A DNA stretch of 64,000 bases, taken from contig NC_083225.1 of assembly GCF_032191835.1 (NCBI RefSeq), positions 154,814,001 through 154,878,000 on the forward strand. Direction: 5' to 3'. The notes beneath the pieces were generated by a model that saw only the letters and a list, made by a program, of their open reading frames with translations, was not told the origin of the DNA and did no database searches. How positions within the stretch are numbered: the first letter of the stretch is position 1; every line of letters begins with the position of its first letter. The position numbers and the translations under genes are program-made. Positions 1 to 12,200 of this stretch are shown here, piece after piece. Source of the stretch: Heteronotia binoei (lineage: Eukaryota).

Positions 1-612
1 TCTCTCACTTATTACTTCTAACTGCTAAATGGCACACATTGTTTTCTGAGGACAAAACCTACTTGTGATATGATCAGGATCTTCTCTCTCTCTCTCTCTC
101 CCCCTCACACACACACACTGACAATGCCTGCAATGGGGAGGAAGACAAGTCAGGTCAGAGCTGCAGCACATGGGAAGAGAAGGTCTGTACTGTTTTCCTA
201 ACAGAAATCACCCTAGCACATTTGAAGTTACAAGTTGCCGGCTATAATTCCTAGCGAGGCCTAGCTCCAACTTGAAGCCCCAGCTCCGTAACTGCAGCAC
301 TTCTGTTTCATCTGTGTCTAGCAGTTTCCTGCATTTTTCTATCTTTCTACCAGCCCTAGTTACCACGGACAGTTGTTTTCTTCTAATTAGGGCTGGGCCT
401 GAGACAAATGTAAATGCCAAGATTAGGCTCAGATAATTACTTGGAAACCAGATTTGCCCCTCTAGCAAAGTTCACTCGATTGCTTTCATTTGTTAACTTT
501 GCTAATTCAGACATCAATGCATGGGTACTTCATGACCTCAGTACTTTGCCATTCAGTACTTCAGTTAAGTAGTCATCATGTGACATAAAGACCCAGCAGA
601 AAGAGAAATGTG

Positions 613-701
613 CAGTGCCTTCCTAAGCAGAGTTAGACCTTTTTTAAGCCCACTACCCTCAATGGACTTGTAAGGGTATAACTATGTTTAGGATTACATT
701 G
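613..701. repeat. Old ~90-bp palindromic interspersed repeat (cagtgc..tcctaagcagag...ttaggatt..actg)
   Basis: Imperfect hairpin; related copies at 17050-17136 and 21236-21327. Confidence 0.6.
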
Positions 702-3109
702 TCGTTGTATCAAGCATTGAGAAAATTAACCAGAGAAGGGCCATCACCATTACTGTACTTCATTAGTCAGGGAAAGAGTTTGTGGGTATTCAGTGGAATC
801 CGCCAGCCTGTGAGGCCTGTCACTGTTATTCCCATTGGGTTACATGCTGGAAGCTTTCCTCTCAGGATGCAGTGCTTTCCTTGCTTTCACATTCTCCCAG
901 CATCCTTCTGCAGCTCCTGAAAATCCTCTGCAGAGAGAGTGAGGGGACACTCGGACAAAATTCATCATGGCCCAGAGGACTGCATCAGTGTGAGAGAACT
1001 GGGTGCAATCCCCCAGCCTCTCTTGCATAACAAGAAACCTCATAAGATCTTATTCATTGTATTGTTTGGAAGAGAAGAATTTTGACATGGTCAACTGAGG
1101 CTATGCCATATGCTTTCATAAGGGAGAAAGTAGTATTTTGGTGAGAGATCATCTTTCCAGTTTTCTCCCCTACCCACCATCCCCTTCACTGCCATTATTT
1201 CCTCCATTTGCTGTGGCTTCCTTGCTTTTAAAACAAATTTCCTTTGCTGCATCTTTTCCTACTTTGGTTAGCCAAATGAGCAATCCCAGACAGTCTTTGA
1301 ACAAGATGATGTCACAATATAGTACAGCCAATCATACGTGATAATATCCCTGAGGGCAAAGGAAAGAAATCAAGAGACAAGGCAGTGCTTCCATGGATTA
1401 ATCAAGTGGATGAACCTGCCCCCTTGTAGAGTGTATCCTGAATGGGATGATAGCAGGATGCTACGCACATGTGGCTATCATTGAGGAATAAGGCAATACA
1501 AGAAGCCAGGAAAGATTGCAATTGCTGTGAATACACACACATTCATTATGGCATTGATCCACTTCCACTTTGCATTGGATTCTATTGGTTTGGGGCTGTC
1601 TTGTGCAGTCCCTTTAAACTTCTGTTTTCAATGAAATTTAGTGTAAGATACTCTCCCTTTCACTTAGGTGATTTTCTTTGCAAATTTCAGGTAGGTGGAA
1701 GGAAGGGCCACAGTTTTGTAGACAATTTGTTTACAGGCAGTTTGTGTGCACAGAAGGGCCACAGTGCACCCTTCACCCATGGAGTCCTTCTGACAGGCCA
1801 GAGGCTTCCAGTTTTACAGGCAATTACATTTCTCATTCACAGAGGTGGGGGATAGGAGAATGGCTCACAGGGTTGCTTTAAAAGCCATATGGTCTTTCTC
1901 TCTCTCCCTCTACCTACACAGCCTGGAGTCATTCTGAATGTGATTGTATAGGGTCTTCTGTGGTGGAAAGTGCTGTCAAACCATAGCTAACTCTTGCCAA
2001 CCCTATACAGTTTTCAAAGCAAGAGTTGTTCAGAAGAGGTTTGCCATCACCCACCTCTGTGCAGCTACCTTAGACTTTCATGGTCTCAAACATAAGCCCA
2101 AATAGAAAGTCAGCCACACACACACAGGCCAGTCACATGGCAGTATAGTAGCCAAACTGACCACAAAGCTTGAAAATGCTAAGTGTTCAAGAAGAGAGAA
2201 TTGGCGTATATATTCCCAAGGGCCCCTTCCCGGGCTCCATCCACTGGGTGGAAAGAGTGTGGACGGCCTGTCTGCACCATCCTCTTGTTCTGTTAGCAAG
2301 ACCTGTTTTCTTCTGCAAGTCAGAAAGATTCTTGGTCAGATTCTCTGTCTCTTGAAGCTCTGCTTTCCTCTGACCTCCTTGAACTCTCAGCCAGTCTGCT
2401 ATTGAAATAGCAGAGAAACGTCTTAAGAAACTAAGGAAAGCCCCTGTCTGTGACCAAACTGGAGGCACACAGCTTCACAGGATGTTCAGTGCTTTGCTAG
2501 CCAGTCAGCTGGTAAGCAGTAGAAAAGAGCAAGAGTCCAGTAGTGCCTCAAAAGACTAGCAAAATTTGTGGCTGGGTATGAGCTTTTCATGAGTCACTTC
2601 TTCAGATAACAGCTACCCATTTTGAGCTGATAAGCAGAGTGAGTCCAAATGCTTTGTCTTGTTTTTCTGTTCATCCAAGACCCTTGGCAGTTCATCCCAA
2701 GACTCAAGCAGGAAGCCAAGGAACACAGCAGCAAGTGTCATGGTGCTGTCAGGTACCATGCTGGGAAATCACTGAGACAGAGACTGGAGACAAAAAGAAC
2801 AGAACGCTAGCTTAATTTTTTCATTATGAAAACAGCAGACTCCTGTTAATTTTGGATCTGGCACCGGCAGATGTTCTCTGCACTCTCTTGCTTTCCTGCA
2901 TAGCTGCATCTCCAGCAGATCCTGCCCCTGGTGCTGGAAGACAACCTCATACTTCACATAGCTGTCGCCTGCTAGGGTTTCACCCTGAAAATACTGCTGT
3001 GGAAATCTAGCCAAATGTTAAGCCTCTAATGCCAAAGGATAACATTTGCCTTCTCCAAAGCATTCCTATCAGCCTTGGTCTGAAGAGGACCTCCTAATGC
3101 ATCACCAGT

Positions 3110-3551
3110 GTGCTCTGACAGCCATCTTCAAGTATTTGAAGGGCTGTCATACAGAGGATGGAGCAGAGTTGTTTTCTGTTGCCCCAGAAGGTCAAACAGT
3201 GTGCTGAAATTAAATCAGAAGAGTTGTCAGCGAAACATTAGGGAGAACTTCCTGACAGAGCAATTCCTCAGTGGAACAGGTTTCCTTGGGAGGTGATGGG
3301 CTCTCCTTCTTTGGAGGTTTTTAAGCAGAGACTAAATGACTATCTAACAGCAATGCTGGTTCTGTGAACTTAGGCAGTTCATGGGAAGGAGGGCAGGAAA
3401 GAATGAACCAGTGCTTGTCTCATATGTCCCTTTTTATATGCTCAGTGTAATACCAATAGCCACTTTGTAGTCAGGGATGAAATTTCCTGGAGGTTTTGCC
3501 TTCCTCTGGGCATACATCAGGGGTCACTGGGGGATTGTAGGGGTGGAGATA
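3110..3551 (+). mobile_element. CR1 LINE 3' fragment, interrupted by the Gypsy insertion (resumes ~7681-7735)
   Basis: atcttcaagtatttgaagggctgtcat...gaggtttttaagcagag is typical of the CR1 ORF2 end; the 3' UTR-like sequence continues beyond the Gypsy TSD. Confidence 0.75.
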
Positions 3552-3867
3552 TGTTATGTATGTGGACTCAATAGAAGACTTTGAATATTCCCGCTGGGCT
3601 CATTGGAGCCCGGTGGACTGAGCTTGGGAACTTGGGAACAAAGGGCTGCAGGATCCAAATCCCTGCATCCCTAGACCAATCACAAGCCCCTACTGGTTTG
3701 AATGACCCAATGATATGCTAGCGCAGGAATCCAGAGATGTATATAAGTTGGGCCAGTAGGCCCCATCCTCAGTCTTGTACTGTGATCTTTTACTTTGTAA
3801 TTCCTCTTAAAGAGCTTGTTATCACTTACTCCGAGACTCTGCCATGCATAGAACCCACTATATTATA
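3552..3867 (+). repeat. 5' LTR of Gypsy element
   Basis: Starts TGTTATG; CCAAT box (gaccaatc), TATA-like tatataa at 3740; ~27 substitutions plus 1 indel versus the 3' LTR by manual count (~91% identity). Confidence 0.93.
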
Positions 3868-3868
3868 G

Positions 3869-3886
3869 TGGTGATGAAGGTGGGAT
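3869..3886 (+). promoter_or_regulatory. Primer-binding site, tRNA-Ser(GCT)-type
   Basis: tggtgatgaaggtgggat equals tggcgacgaaggtgggat (complement of the tRNA-Ser-GCT 3' end, as recalled) with two CpG>TpG changes; 1 nt after the LTR. Confidence 0.75.
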
Positions 3887-3890
3887 CTAG

Positions 3891-4860
3891 ATGAGCAAGG
3901 TTCAGGGCACCCCGGCACCCCCAAGCGCACTGAGCTCCAGCGCTGCCACGCCACAGGTACCACCACCCAGCCCTATCATGGTTGCCATGTCTGGATTGCA
4001 AAACTCCATCCCAGAATTCGACATGGCACAGCCCGAGGCCTGGGAAGCCTGGGTCAAAAGACTCAAGTATCACCTTGTGGCACAGCGAATCAAGAATGAC
4101 GAACCCAAAATCAAGAAGGCCATCCTGCTGAACAACTGCGGCATCACCACACTAGAGCTAGCAGAGAGCTTTGTCATGCCAGAGACGCTCAAGATGTCTT
4201 CCTTCGACAAGATCATCGAGGCGCTGACTGGCCACTTCATCCCAAAGCCTACTCTCCTCACCTGGAAGCTACAGTTCCTCGACAGCTTCCAGAAGCCGAA
4301 CAAGACTGAAGCAACCTTCCTAGCCCACCTGTGAGACTTGGGCAGGAAGGCAGAGTACGGCACACAATTGGAAGAGACCCTGCTCATGAAGTTCACTCAT
4401 GGCCTCCAGGACGGGAAGGCATGTTGGAAAATTGTGACGGAATCAAAACCAACCTTGGAGAAGGCCCTACAAATAGCCACCACCGCCGAGGATGTGCACA
4501 AGGAGAAGGCCCACCGCCCAGGGACCAACGCTCACCAGCTGCGACCGGCTGCAGAATCAGATGACTCACAAGGGGATGACACCCTCAAGCTGCATCAGGT
4601 AACCCAACAAAAGCCTAGGCCATGAGCAACAGAATCGACCACGAAGACCTGCACCAGCTGTAGGGAGCCACATGAGAGGCACAACTGCAAGTTCAGGAAC
4701 GCGACCTGCCATACATGTGGGAATGCCAGGCAAATAGCCCGGGCATGCCAGTCGGTGGTGCTGCACCAAGGGAAATTTCCTCGCCAACAGAATGGCCGCT
4801 GCCACGAGGTCGCACTCACGGATGACATCCAGGCACTCACCACTTTGGGGACCCAGTTGC
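3891..4860 (+). pseudogene. gag: Gypsy gag, disrupted
   Basis: One frame interrupted by TGA at 4332 and 4623; WEAWVKRLKYHLVAQ-type N-terminus; degenerate Zn knuckles CTSCREPHERHNC and CHTCGNARQIARAC. Confidence 0.85.
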
Positions 4861-7333
4861 CCCGGATAAATATTATGTGACTGTGTTCAAAGAAGACAAG
4901 CTCTGCAAAATGGAAGTAGACACCAGGGCAGGCCAGACAGTCATTTTGGCCCGCACGTTCAAGGAGATGTGCCCCAGGGGGGATGCCCAGTTACAACAGT
5001 AGAAGCTCAAACAATCATAACGCACCGGGAGGCCTTCAAAGTTAGACGCTTGCAGTTCAAGGTTAGCATGGTTCCAGGACTGTTTCAGAACTTGCATCCC
5101 TGGGGTCCAGCCATTCTTCAACGATGTGCTGATTGCAGCAGCCACCGAAGACGAATTCAGTGATCACCTCCGAATGGTGTTACATCATTTCGAGGGGCAA
5201 GGTTAAAGGTAAAACAGGGAAAATGTGTATTGGGGGTGCCCACCGTAGGTTTTCTGGGGTATACGGTAGACACAAGTGGCATTCATCCGGCCCAGGACAA
5301 AATAAAGGCCATTTGTGATGCGCTGGCTCCCACCAACAAGGCAGAATTACAATCATTCTTGGGAATTCTCAGTTTCTACCATGCCTTCCTCCCCCACAAG
5401 GCGGCGGAAGTAGCGTCCTTACACAGACTGCTGGACAAAAGGACACCGTGGGCTTGGGGTCATCGGCAAGCCGCCGATTCCAGACAGTAAAAGACATTTT
5501 AATTTCAAACAGCTTGTGGTGCACTTCGACGAGTGGCTACCCGTCGTGCTCACATGCACGAGGTCAGTGCTGTGTTGGTCCACAGACTGCCAGATGTCCG
5601 CGAGGTTTCGGTAGCATATTATTCCAGGACATTACAGAAACCAGAGCGAAACTCTGCTCAGGTAGACAAAGAGGGCCTGGCTATTGTGGCTGAGGTAAAA
5701 AAATTCCACAATTACCTGTACGGCCGGCCCTTTACAACCTTAACGGACCACAAGCCTTTGCTGGGCCTGTTCGCCCCTGACTGACAAACGCACCAAATGC
5801 TTTCACTGTGGGTGTTGAGGTGGTCCATTTTCCTGGTGGGTTATCAGTATGACCTTAAGTACAGTCCAGGGAAAGCAATGGGTCACGCTGATGCTCTGAG
5901 CCACCTGCCACTGCCCTCCATGGACCCAGACCCGGCCCCAGCATTCCAGATCATGTCACTGGAAGCCCTCCCGGACCACCCAGTACATGCAAAGGACATT
6001 GCCCACTGCTCTTCCAAAGACAAAACCCTCTCCAGAGTTCTGGACTGGGTGTGGAAGGGGTGGCCAGAAGGAGGGTGGGCTCCGAATTTGTGGCATTCAC
6101 ATCCCGCCAAGACGAATTGTCTGTGCATAAGGAGTGCCTGTTGTGGGGAAGTAGGGTGGTGGTGCCCCCAGTACTGCAGCAGCGAGTCCTAACAGTGCTG
6201 CACGAAATCCATCCGGGGATTGTATGCATGAAAGCGCTGGCCAACAGCTATGTTTGGTGGCCAGGAATTGACGACGCCATTGAATCCTGTGTGGCCCGAT
6301 GTCAGCCATGAGACATGCCCTGGCCCAACAGTGGGAGTCCACTCGGAAACCCTGGTCCCGCCTGCACCTCAACTTCGCAGGGCCTTTCCAGAGGCATATA
6401 TTCTTCCTCATCGTGGACTCCTACTCCAAATGGTTAGAGGTAGTGCCAGCAGCCTTCACCTCTTCTTGGGCAGCATTAGGGGCGCTCCGCAGGGGGTTTG
6501 CCGCACATGGCCTCCCAGACATGTTGATATCCGATAATGGGACGGCCTTCACCTCGGCCGAGTTCCAGGATTTCTGTGGCCGGAATTTAATAAAGCATAT
6601 GTCGACCCTCTTCCACCCAGCCATAAATGGCCAAGCAGAAAGAATGGTGCAGGCTACAAAGGAAACGCTCCACTGCATCATATACGGGGAGTGGGAAGTG
6701 TGCCTGGTCGAGTGCCTTTTAGCGCAACATTCCACCCCCAGTACAGTTACCAGCCGCAGCCCAACAGAGCTTCTCATGGGCCAGCAGCTGACAACCCTTC
6801 TGGATTGCATACACCTGCACCACACACCCGACCTGCAAGAGGTACCAGAGGTGGTCCGGGCCCCCCAGGGGTTCAACACCGGGGACTTGGTGTTTGCCAA
6901 AAACTTTGGGGGAGGACCAGCATGGATACCAGCACGAGTATCCTGTGTACTAGGGGCCATCATGTACGAAGCCATCTCAGAAAGGGGATTCACAATAAGG
7001 TGGCACCTTGACCAATTACACGTGCAAGAGGCACCCAGGGGGAAAGACGAGAATGCAACCACCCCAGCGCCTGATCTAGGTGAAACAACCCCTGAGCTGG
7101 AGGAAGTAGAAGAGCCCGCAGCTACACCGGTGCAAGCACCAGCGGAACAGACGGGACCACCCTCAGCTCCAGAGACTGTGGAGGACCCTGTCCAGCTGAA
7201 GGAATCCCACTCGGCACCAGGACCTCCACCAGGAACGCCTGACACAGAAACTGCGTCGCTGCCAGCTCCAGGGCTCAGATGGTCGACACGAAGGCACTGC
7301 AAACCCGCGTACCTTAAAGACTATGTTCACTAG
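4860..7333 (+). pseudogene. pol: Gypsy pol (protease-RT-RNaseH-integrase), frameshifted and deleted
   Basis: MEVDTR (protease DTG), FFND (RT xxDD), FLGYTV, TDHKPL (RNaseH), HEIHPG...WWPG...C-x2-C (IN HHCC), HLNFAGP / SDNG / ERMV (IN core). Confidence 0.92.
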
Positions 7334-7345
7334 GGCTTGCGAACT

Positions 7346-7358
7346 AAGGGGGGAGGGA
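7346..7358 (+). promoter_or_regulatory. Polypurine tract
   Basis: aaggggggaggga abutting the TG of the 3' LTR. Confidence 0.9.
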
Positions 7359-7675
7359 TGTTATGTATGTGGACTCAAGAGAAGACTTTGGATATTCCCA
7401 CCGGGCTCATTGGAGCCAGGCGGACTGAGCTTGGGAACTTGGAAACAAAGGGCTGCAGGATCCAAATCCCTGCATCCCTAGACCAATCACAAGCCCCCAC
7501 CAGTTTTGAATGACCCAACGATGTGCTAGCGCAGGAATCCAGAGATGTATAAAAGTTTGTCTGGCAGTCCCCATCTTCAGTCTTGTACTGTGACCTTTTA
7601 CTATGTAATTCCTATTAAAGAGCTTGTTATCACTTACTCCGAGGTTTTGCCATGCATAGAACCCACTATAGTATA
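7359..7675 (+). repeat. 3' LTR of Gypsy element
   Basis: Direct repeat of 3552-3867; ATTAAA at 7614-7619; immediately follows the PPT. Confidence 0.93.
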
Positions 7676-8251
7676 AGATAGTTCAGAATTTCCGGAATTG
7701 TTCAGAGGATGGAATCTCTATATTCCTGTGTTTCTTTCTGGAAGTGGAACACCTTAATGAGCCTTAACAGATGTTATCTTTAGAACCATTCACAGTCAAC
7801 AGCATCCCCTACTGAGTTCATCTTTTCTGGCACAAAGCTCTCTGAGGTCTCTGTGATCTTGACCATGCAATAATCACTCCAGGTCAAGGCGCCAAATGCC
7901 ATGATTGCAGAAAAGATGCCACAACACCCCTCTGTGTGGCCAGGGAAGTGACTGAAAGCTCACCTTTCTGCAGTGGATGTAAAAAGACCCGTTCCTTTCC
8001 TTTGCAGCTTTCTACAGTGGTAAGCATTGTGAAATATTTAGCTTAAATTAGGCTTACAAATAGCCCAGTGAATAGGGAAATGAGATGCATATGCTGCATG
8101 CTAAAATATCACTGCCACGCAACCTGATGCGACTGGGATTTGGAACGTAGCCGGGTCCCAAAGATTACGTGCAAAACGCTGTCAGTCAGGAGCCGGCTGG
8201 AAGTTACATTTGGCTACATCTCGGTCATGGTGGAAAAGTGCATAACGAGGC

Positions 8252-8266
8252 TGACCCCTAGTGGCA
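8252..8266 (-). promoter_or_regulatory. CTCF-like motif
   Basis: Minus strand TGCCACTAGGGGTCAG within a locally CpG-rich unique segment. Confidence 0.4.
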
Positions 8267-9038
8267 AGCTTTAATAACTCACCCTTTTGTTCAGAGCATC
8301 CTGTAAAAATGGTAAGCCTGGGCCAGAGGTCGTTTATCATCAACTGACATGAAGTGAGCCTTACTCTTCTGCCCAGGCAGTATCAAGTCTGCAACAAGGA
8401 ATCAGAGAACTAAGATAAAGGGCGTGTGCAGTGACCATGGCAGAAAACTGCCATCACCAAAGTTTAAAGTGTAGTTTATTACCTGCAAGAGTAGTCTATT
8501 AAAATGACAAGCTGAGGCCCATCAGAGATATTTTGTCTTCATCCAAAGGTGAGTTTGGACCCAATGGAAGATGAAAATAAAAGGCAACAGTTTTCCATTT
8601 GTGCAGTGGGCATACTTGAAGAGGTGGATAGTATTGCCAGGGAGCTGGTCTGACTCCTCTCCGATTCAGCCAGGAGCACCACAGCAATTCATCAGTTCCA
8701 ATCAGTGCTATGGGGGTAGCTTGCTGTTGTACCATCTCTGAGCTGTGACAAAGCAGCAGTTGAACAACATGCCTGATGGTGGCTGTTGGAGTGAAAGCCA
8801 TGGCTCTCACCTATAGGAAAATTCAGGAGAAAATGAGAGAAGATGTGTTGGTTTCCCAAGGAAATTGGAAGCAATATGCACAAATGCACACACACAATAT
8901 ATATATACATTCAAAACAGACCCTTGTACAAACCTGAAAAATACTCCAGGTTTGCAAAAAAATCTGAACAAAATAATTTGGATGGTTTTTGAAAAACCCA
9001 AAATGATTTTTTTTAAAAAGAGTGCCTGTAGCTTTTTT

Positions 9039-9255
9039 GGGAGAGGAATGGTGGCTCAATGGTAGAGCATCTGCTTGGTAAGCAGAAGGCCCCAGGTTCA
9101 ATCCCAGCATCTCCAACGTAAAAGGGTCCAGACAGATAGGCATGAAAAACCTCAGCTTGAGACCCTGGAGAGCCGCTGCCAGTCTGAATAGACAGTACTG
9201 ACTTGATGGACCAAGGATCTGATTCAGTATAAGGCAGCTTCATACATTCATATGT
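9039..9255 (+). mobile_element. tRNA-derived SINE (Squam3-like)
   Basis: Highly similar to 52264-52490 over its full length. Confidence 0.85.
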
Positions 9256-12200
9256 AAGAAGTGGATTGTTACCCAAATCACCCTTATCCCTGCACCCCTG
9301 TAGCCAGTAAAGTGTCCTGTCTGCAAGCAAAGAGAAAGCATGTGTTGTGGGGTATTAATCACTGAGACCATAACCTGTGTATATGGGGGTCAAGAGACAG
9401 ACCAAAACTCAGAACAAATTAGGGGGGATAAGCTTTTTAAAGAAGAAAAAAACTGAATCAACAGAAAGAGAACCAAATTAAATCAGATAAATAAAAATAG
9501 AGGGTGCTACAGAAAGGAAATAAATGCATATGTGGAATACAAGCACAGTTAAACTCTTTCCCTAACAACTACCAGATACTAAGGGAGGTGGGATAAAAGG
9601 GGACAATCAAAGACATACAAGCCAGCTTCCTAAAGACAGCTCTGGAGAAGCACAGCAGAATGGGATGGGAAAGTAGTGAAGCCAGCCATATAGTTGGGAT
9701 AACAGACTGGGATTCAAGACCTGCTAAAAATTGGATGGACTGAGGGATGACTTTTTATACATTTCTGCCAAGGCTGAAAAGGAGAAAAAGTGTTGGCACT
9801 GGAAATGGAAGTGGTGAAAAGCCCGTCTCTTGGGAGATGAGCTATTTTGAAAAGGGTTCTTTTGTGTACATTGTGGAATGGAGTTTTCTTTAAACGTATC
9901 AAGGAGAAGTATTTATGTAGGGAGACTAAGGGCTTAGATAGGCAAGTAGATGGTTATTTTACATGATAAAAGTTGAGGGGGAAATCTTCCTGTCCAACAC
10001 TTAGGATAAGGCCCATTGCTTTGATTATTTGGGTCAATATTAAGGCCAAATTATCAGGGAGGGAACCCCTCAGGTCCTTGGAGAAAAGGCTGTTCAGTTG
10101 ACTTCCACCAGATATGGCTTTCAAGTGATTAATGGAGTTCTTTGATATTTCTTGCATGTCCTCAGCATGACTCACTGTCATTTTTATATGAGTTTGATCC
10201 AGATTCCATTTTTCATTGCTAGGCCCATGCTAAGAAGTGCAAGTTACAGAGATCCAAAATGGAGGTTCCTGTGAGGGAGAGTCCCATTGCATCAGGATGT
10301 ATCACTAGCTATAGCTAGGCAACCACAACAGGCTTGGTTTCTCTGTCTTTCTCTCCTTTGGGGAAGCAGGTCAAGTGTCATTAACTCCCATTCCACACTT
10401 TTTTTTTTGTCCCCATCGGGGACAAAATAGAGGTGATAATGATGTAAGAGGCTTTTGGATCCCATTAAGGAGACAGGTGGGATATAAATGAAGTAAAATA
10501 AATAATAATATAGCTGAAGATTGGAGGGAAATCAAAGTTAGGTGAGTGCAAATAAATAATAATATAGCTGAGTTTAAAGTGATGGTGGGAATGAGAGGAG
10601 GAAGCAGAGAAGAGTGAAGCTATGGGGGCTGCTAGGAGGAAGGAAATAGTGTGAAGTGGATACAGGGGGAAATGAGGTTGCTTCCCCGTAAACCCTTGCA
10701 GGTTTCCTATGATGCAACTGCACTCAGGCTGGTGGCTGGCATCATGCAATTATGTTACCTGGATAGAGTCTGCCAGGTGTAGGAAATGAGGGAAAACTGA
10801 AGACAGGGTGGCAGATAAAGGTAAATTGACTGGTGGATGGGAAGGAGAGAAGGAGGCAAAAAATACAGAGAATCTATGAGGGCTTTCAGAGAAGGGAAAG
10901 AGGAACTGGGGAAAATGAGAGGCCCCTGCAAATCCTTTCATGTTCTCACTTGTTATTACATCATATTCCAGATTATGGGATTTAAAAACAAAGTTTCTGT
11001 TTAAAATGACTGATAGATTTAGATCATGTTTTAACCACTCTGATTATAGGGACAAAAATATTACTTGAAAGAGTTATAGTTTAACTAATCTTCACCCACC
11101 TTTAAAGTTTATGTCTCTGAGTGTTGAATGCATATTCTTATCAAGAGGGTGGGAATTTATTCCATACTGATTTATCTGATTAATTCATTATTCTGTATGA
11201 TTGCAGCAGTAGTTTCACTCTGACAGGAAGGCAATGGAAGGTTTAGACGCTGGAGCAGAAACAGCAGAGCAGCTGGATTACAGAGATACAGTTCTGGCCT
11301 TCCATTCCTTAACCCATTGCTTTCTGTCAGTCTTCATTTTATTATCATTCGGAATCTGAGATTCCTTGAGATTATCTGTACGCAGCTTTCCACTTCACAG
11401 CAACTTACTTCCAAGAGTACCTTGATCTAAGTGGTGGTATTCACAGGAACAAGACAAAACAGACTGTCAGGTAGTATTACTGGGACTAGTTAACGCATGT
11501 AGTCCAAAAGTCTGCATAAGGTGATTCTTGACATGATTACAGCTGCAAAATTGCTATTAGCAGAAAAGAAAAGAAAAGAAAACTGTGAAATCTTACAATC
11601 AAATCTTGGATTCAAGAAGTATGGGATATTTGGAACTATTGAAATTGTCAGAACTTTTCAACTAAGAGTCATATTAAAATGCTTATTTTTCTGATGACTG
11701 GAAATCTTTTTTTGAGTTCTGGAGAAAAGAATAAAATATGACATTAGATTTATAAAATGTGCTTTGCTTTTACATTAAATAGGATAGTGGAAGTGAACAG
11801 ATAGTCAAGGCTGAGTGCTAATGAAATGCTTGTTATATCAATTAGATTTACACTTAAAAATAAGCTTTACATTTTGTATTTGTAATATTGTAGTAGCTGT
11901 TTATAAAAAATAGTTGAGGGTGAAAAATGAAAAAAAAGTTATTTAACAATTTATTGTATTGTAGAATTTTCTTCTTGAAACAAAAATTGTCTTTTAAAAA
12001 GAGACTGTCACGTAAATTAAATTATCTGTACAAATTATGCAGTGAAGATCCCTCATTCCCCAAATTCAATTGGAACTCTAGATTTTGGCCAGCGATTCCA
12101 CACTTAGTCAATCTATTTCTGGAAAACTGTACAATACCTTTTGATGTTGTGTCAAGGAGCTTTCCATGGTGCTGAATGTCTCCTGTTATTATAGCAATCC

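Larger units (their letters stand above)
3552..7675 (+). mobile_element. Ty3/Gypsy LTR retrotransposon, two-LTR but internally deleted and non-functional
   Basis: Two ~316-bp direct LTRs, 5-bp TSD agata (3547-3551, 7676-7680), PBS, PPT, domain order gag-PR-RT-RNaseH-IN. Confidence 0.95.

Noticed and set aside
6421-7302. 293-aa minus-strand ORF
   Set aside because: Antisense shadow of the GC-rich integrase frame; no independent motifs.
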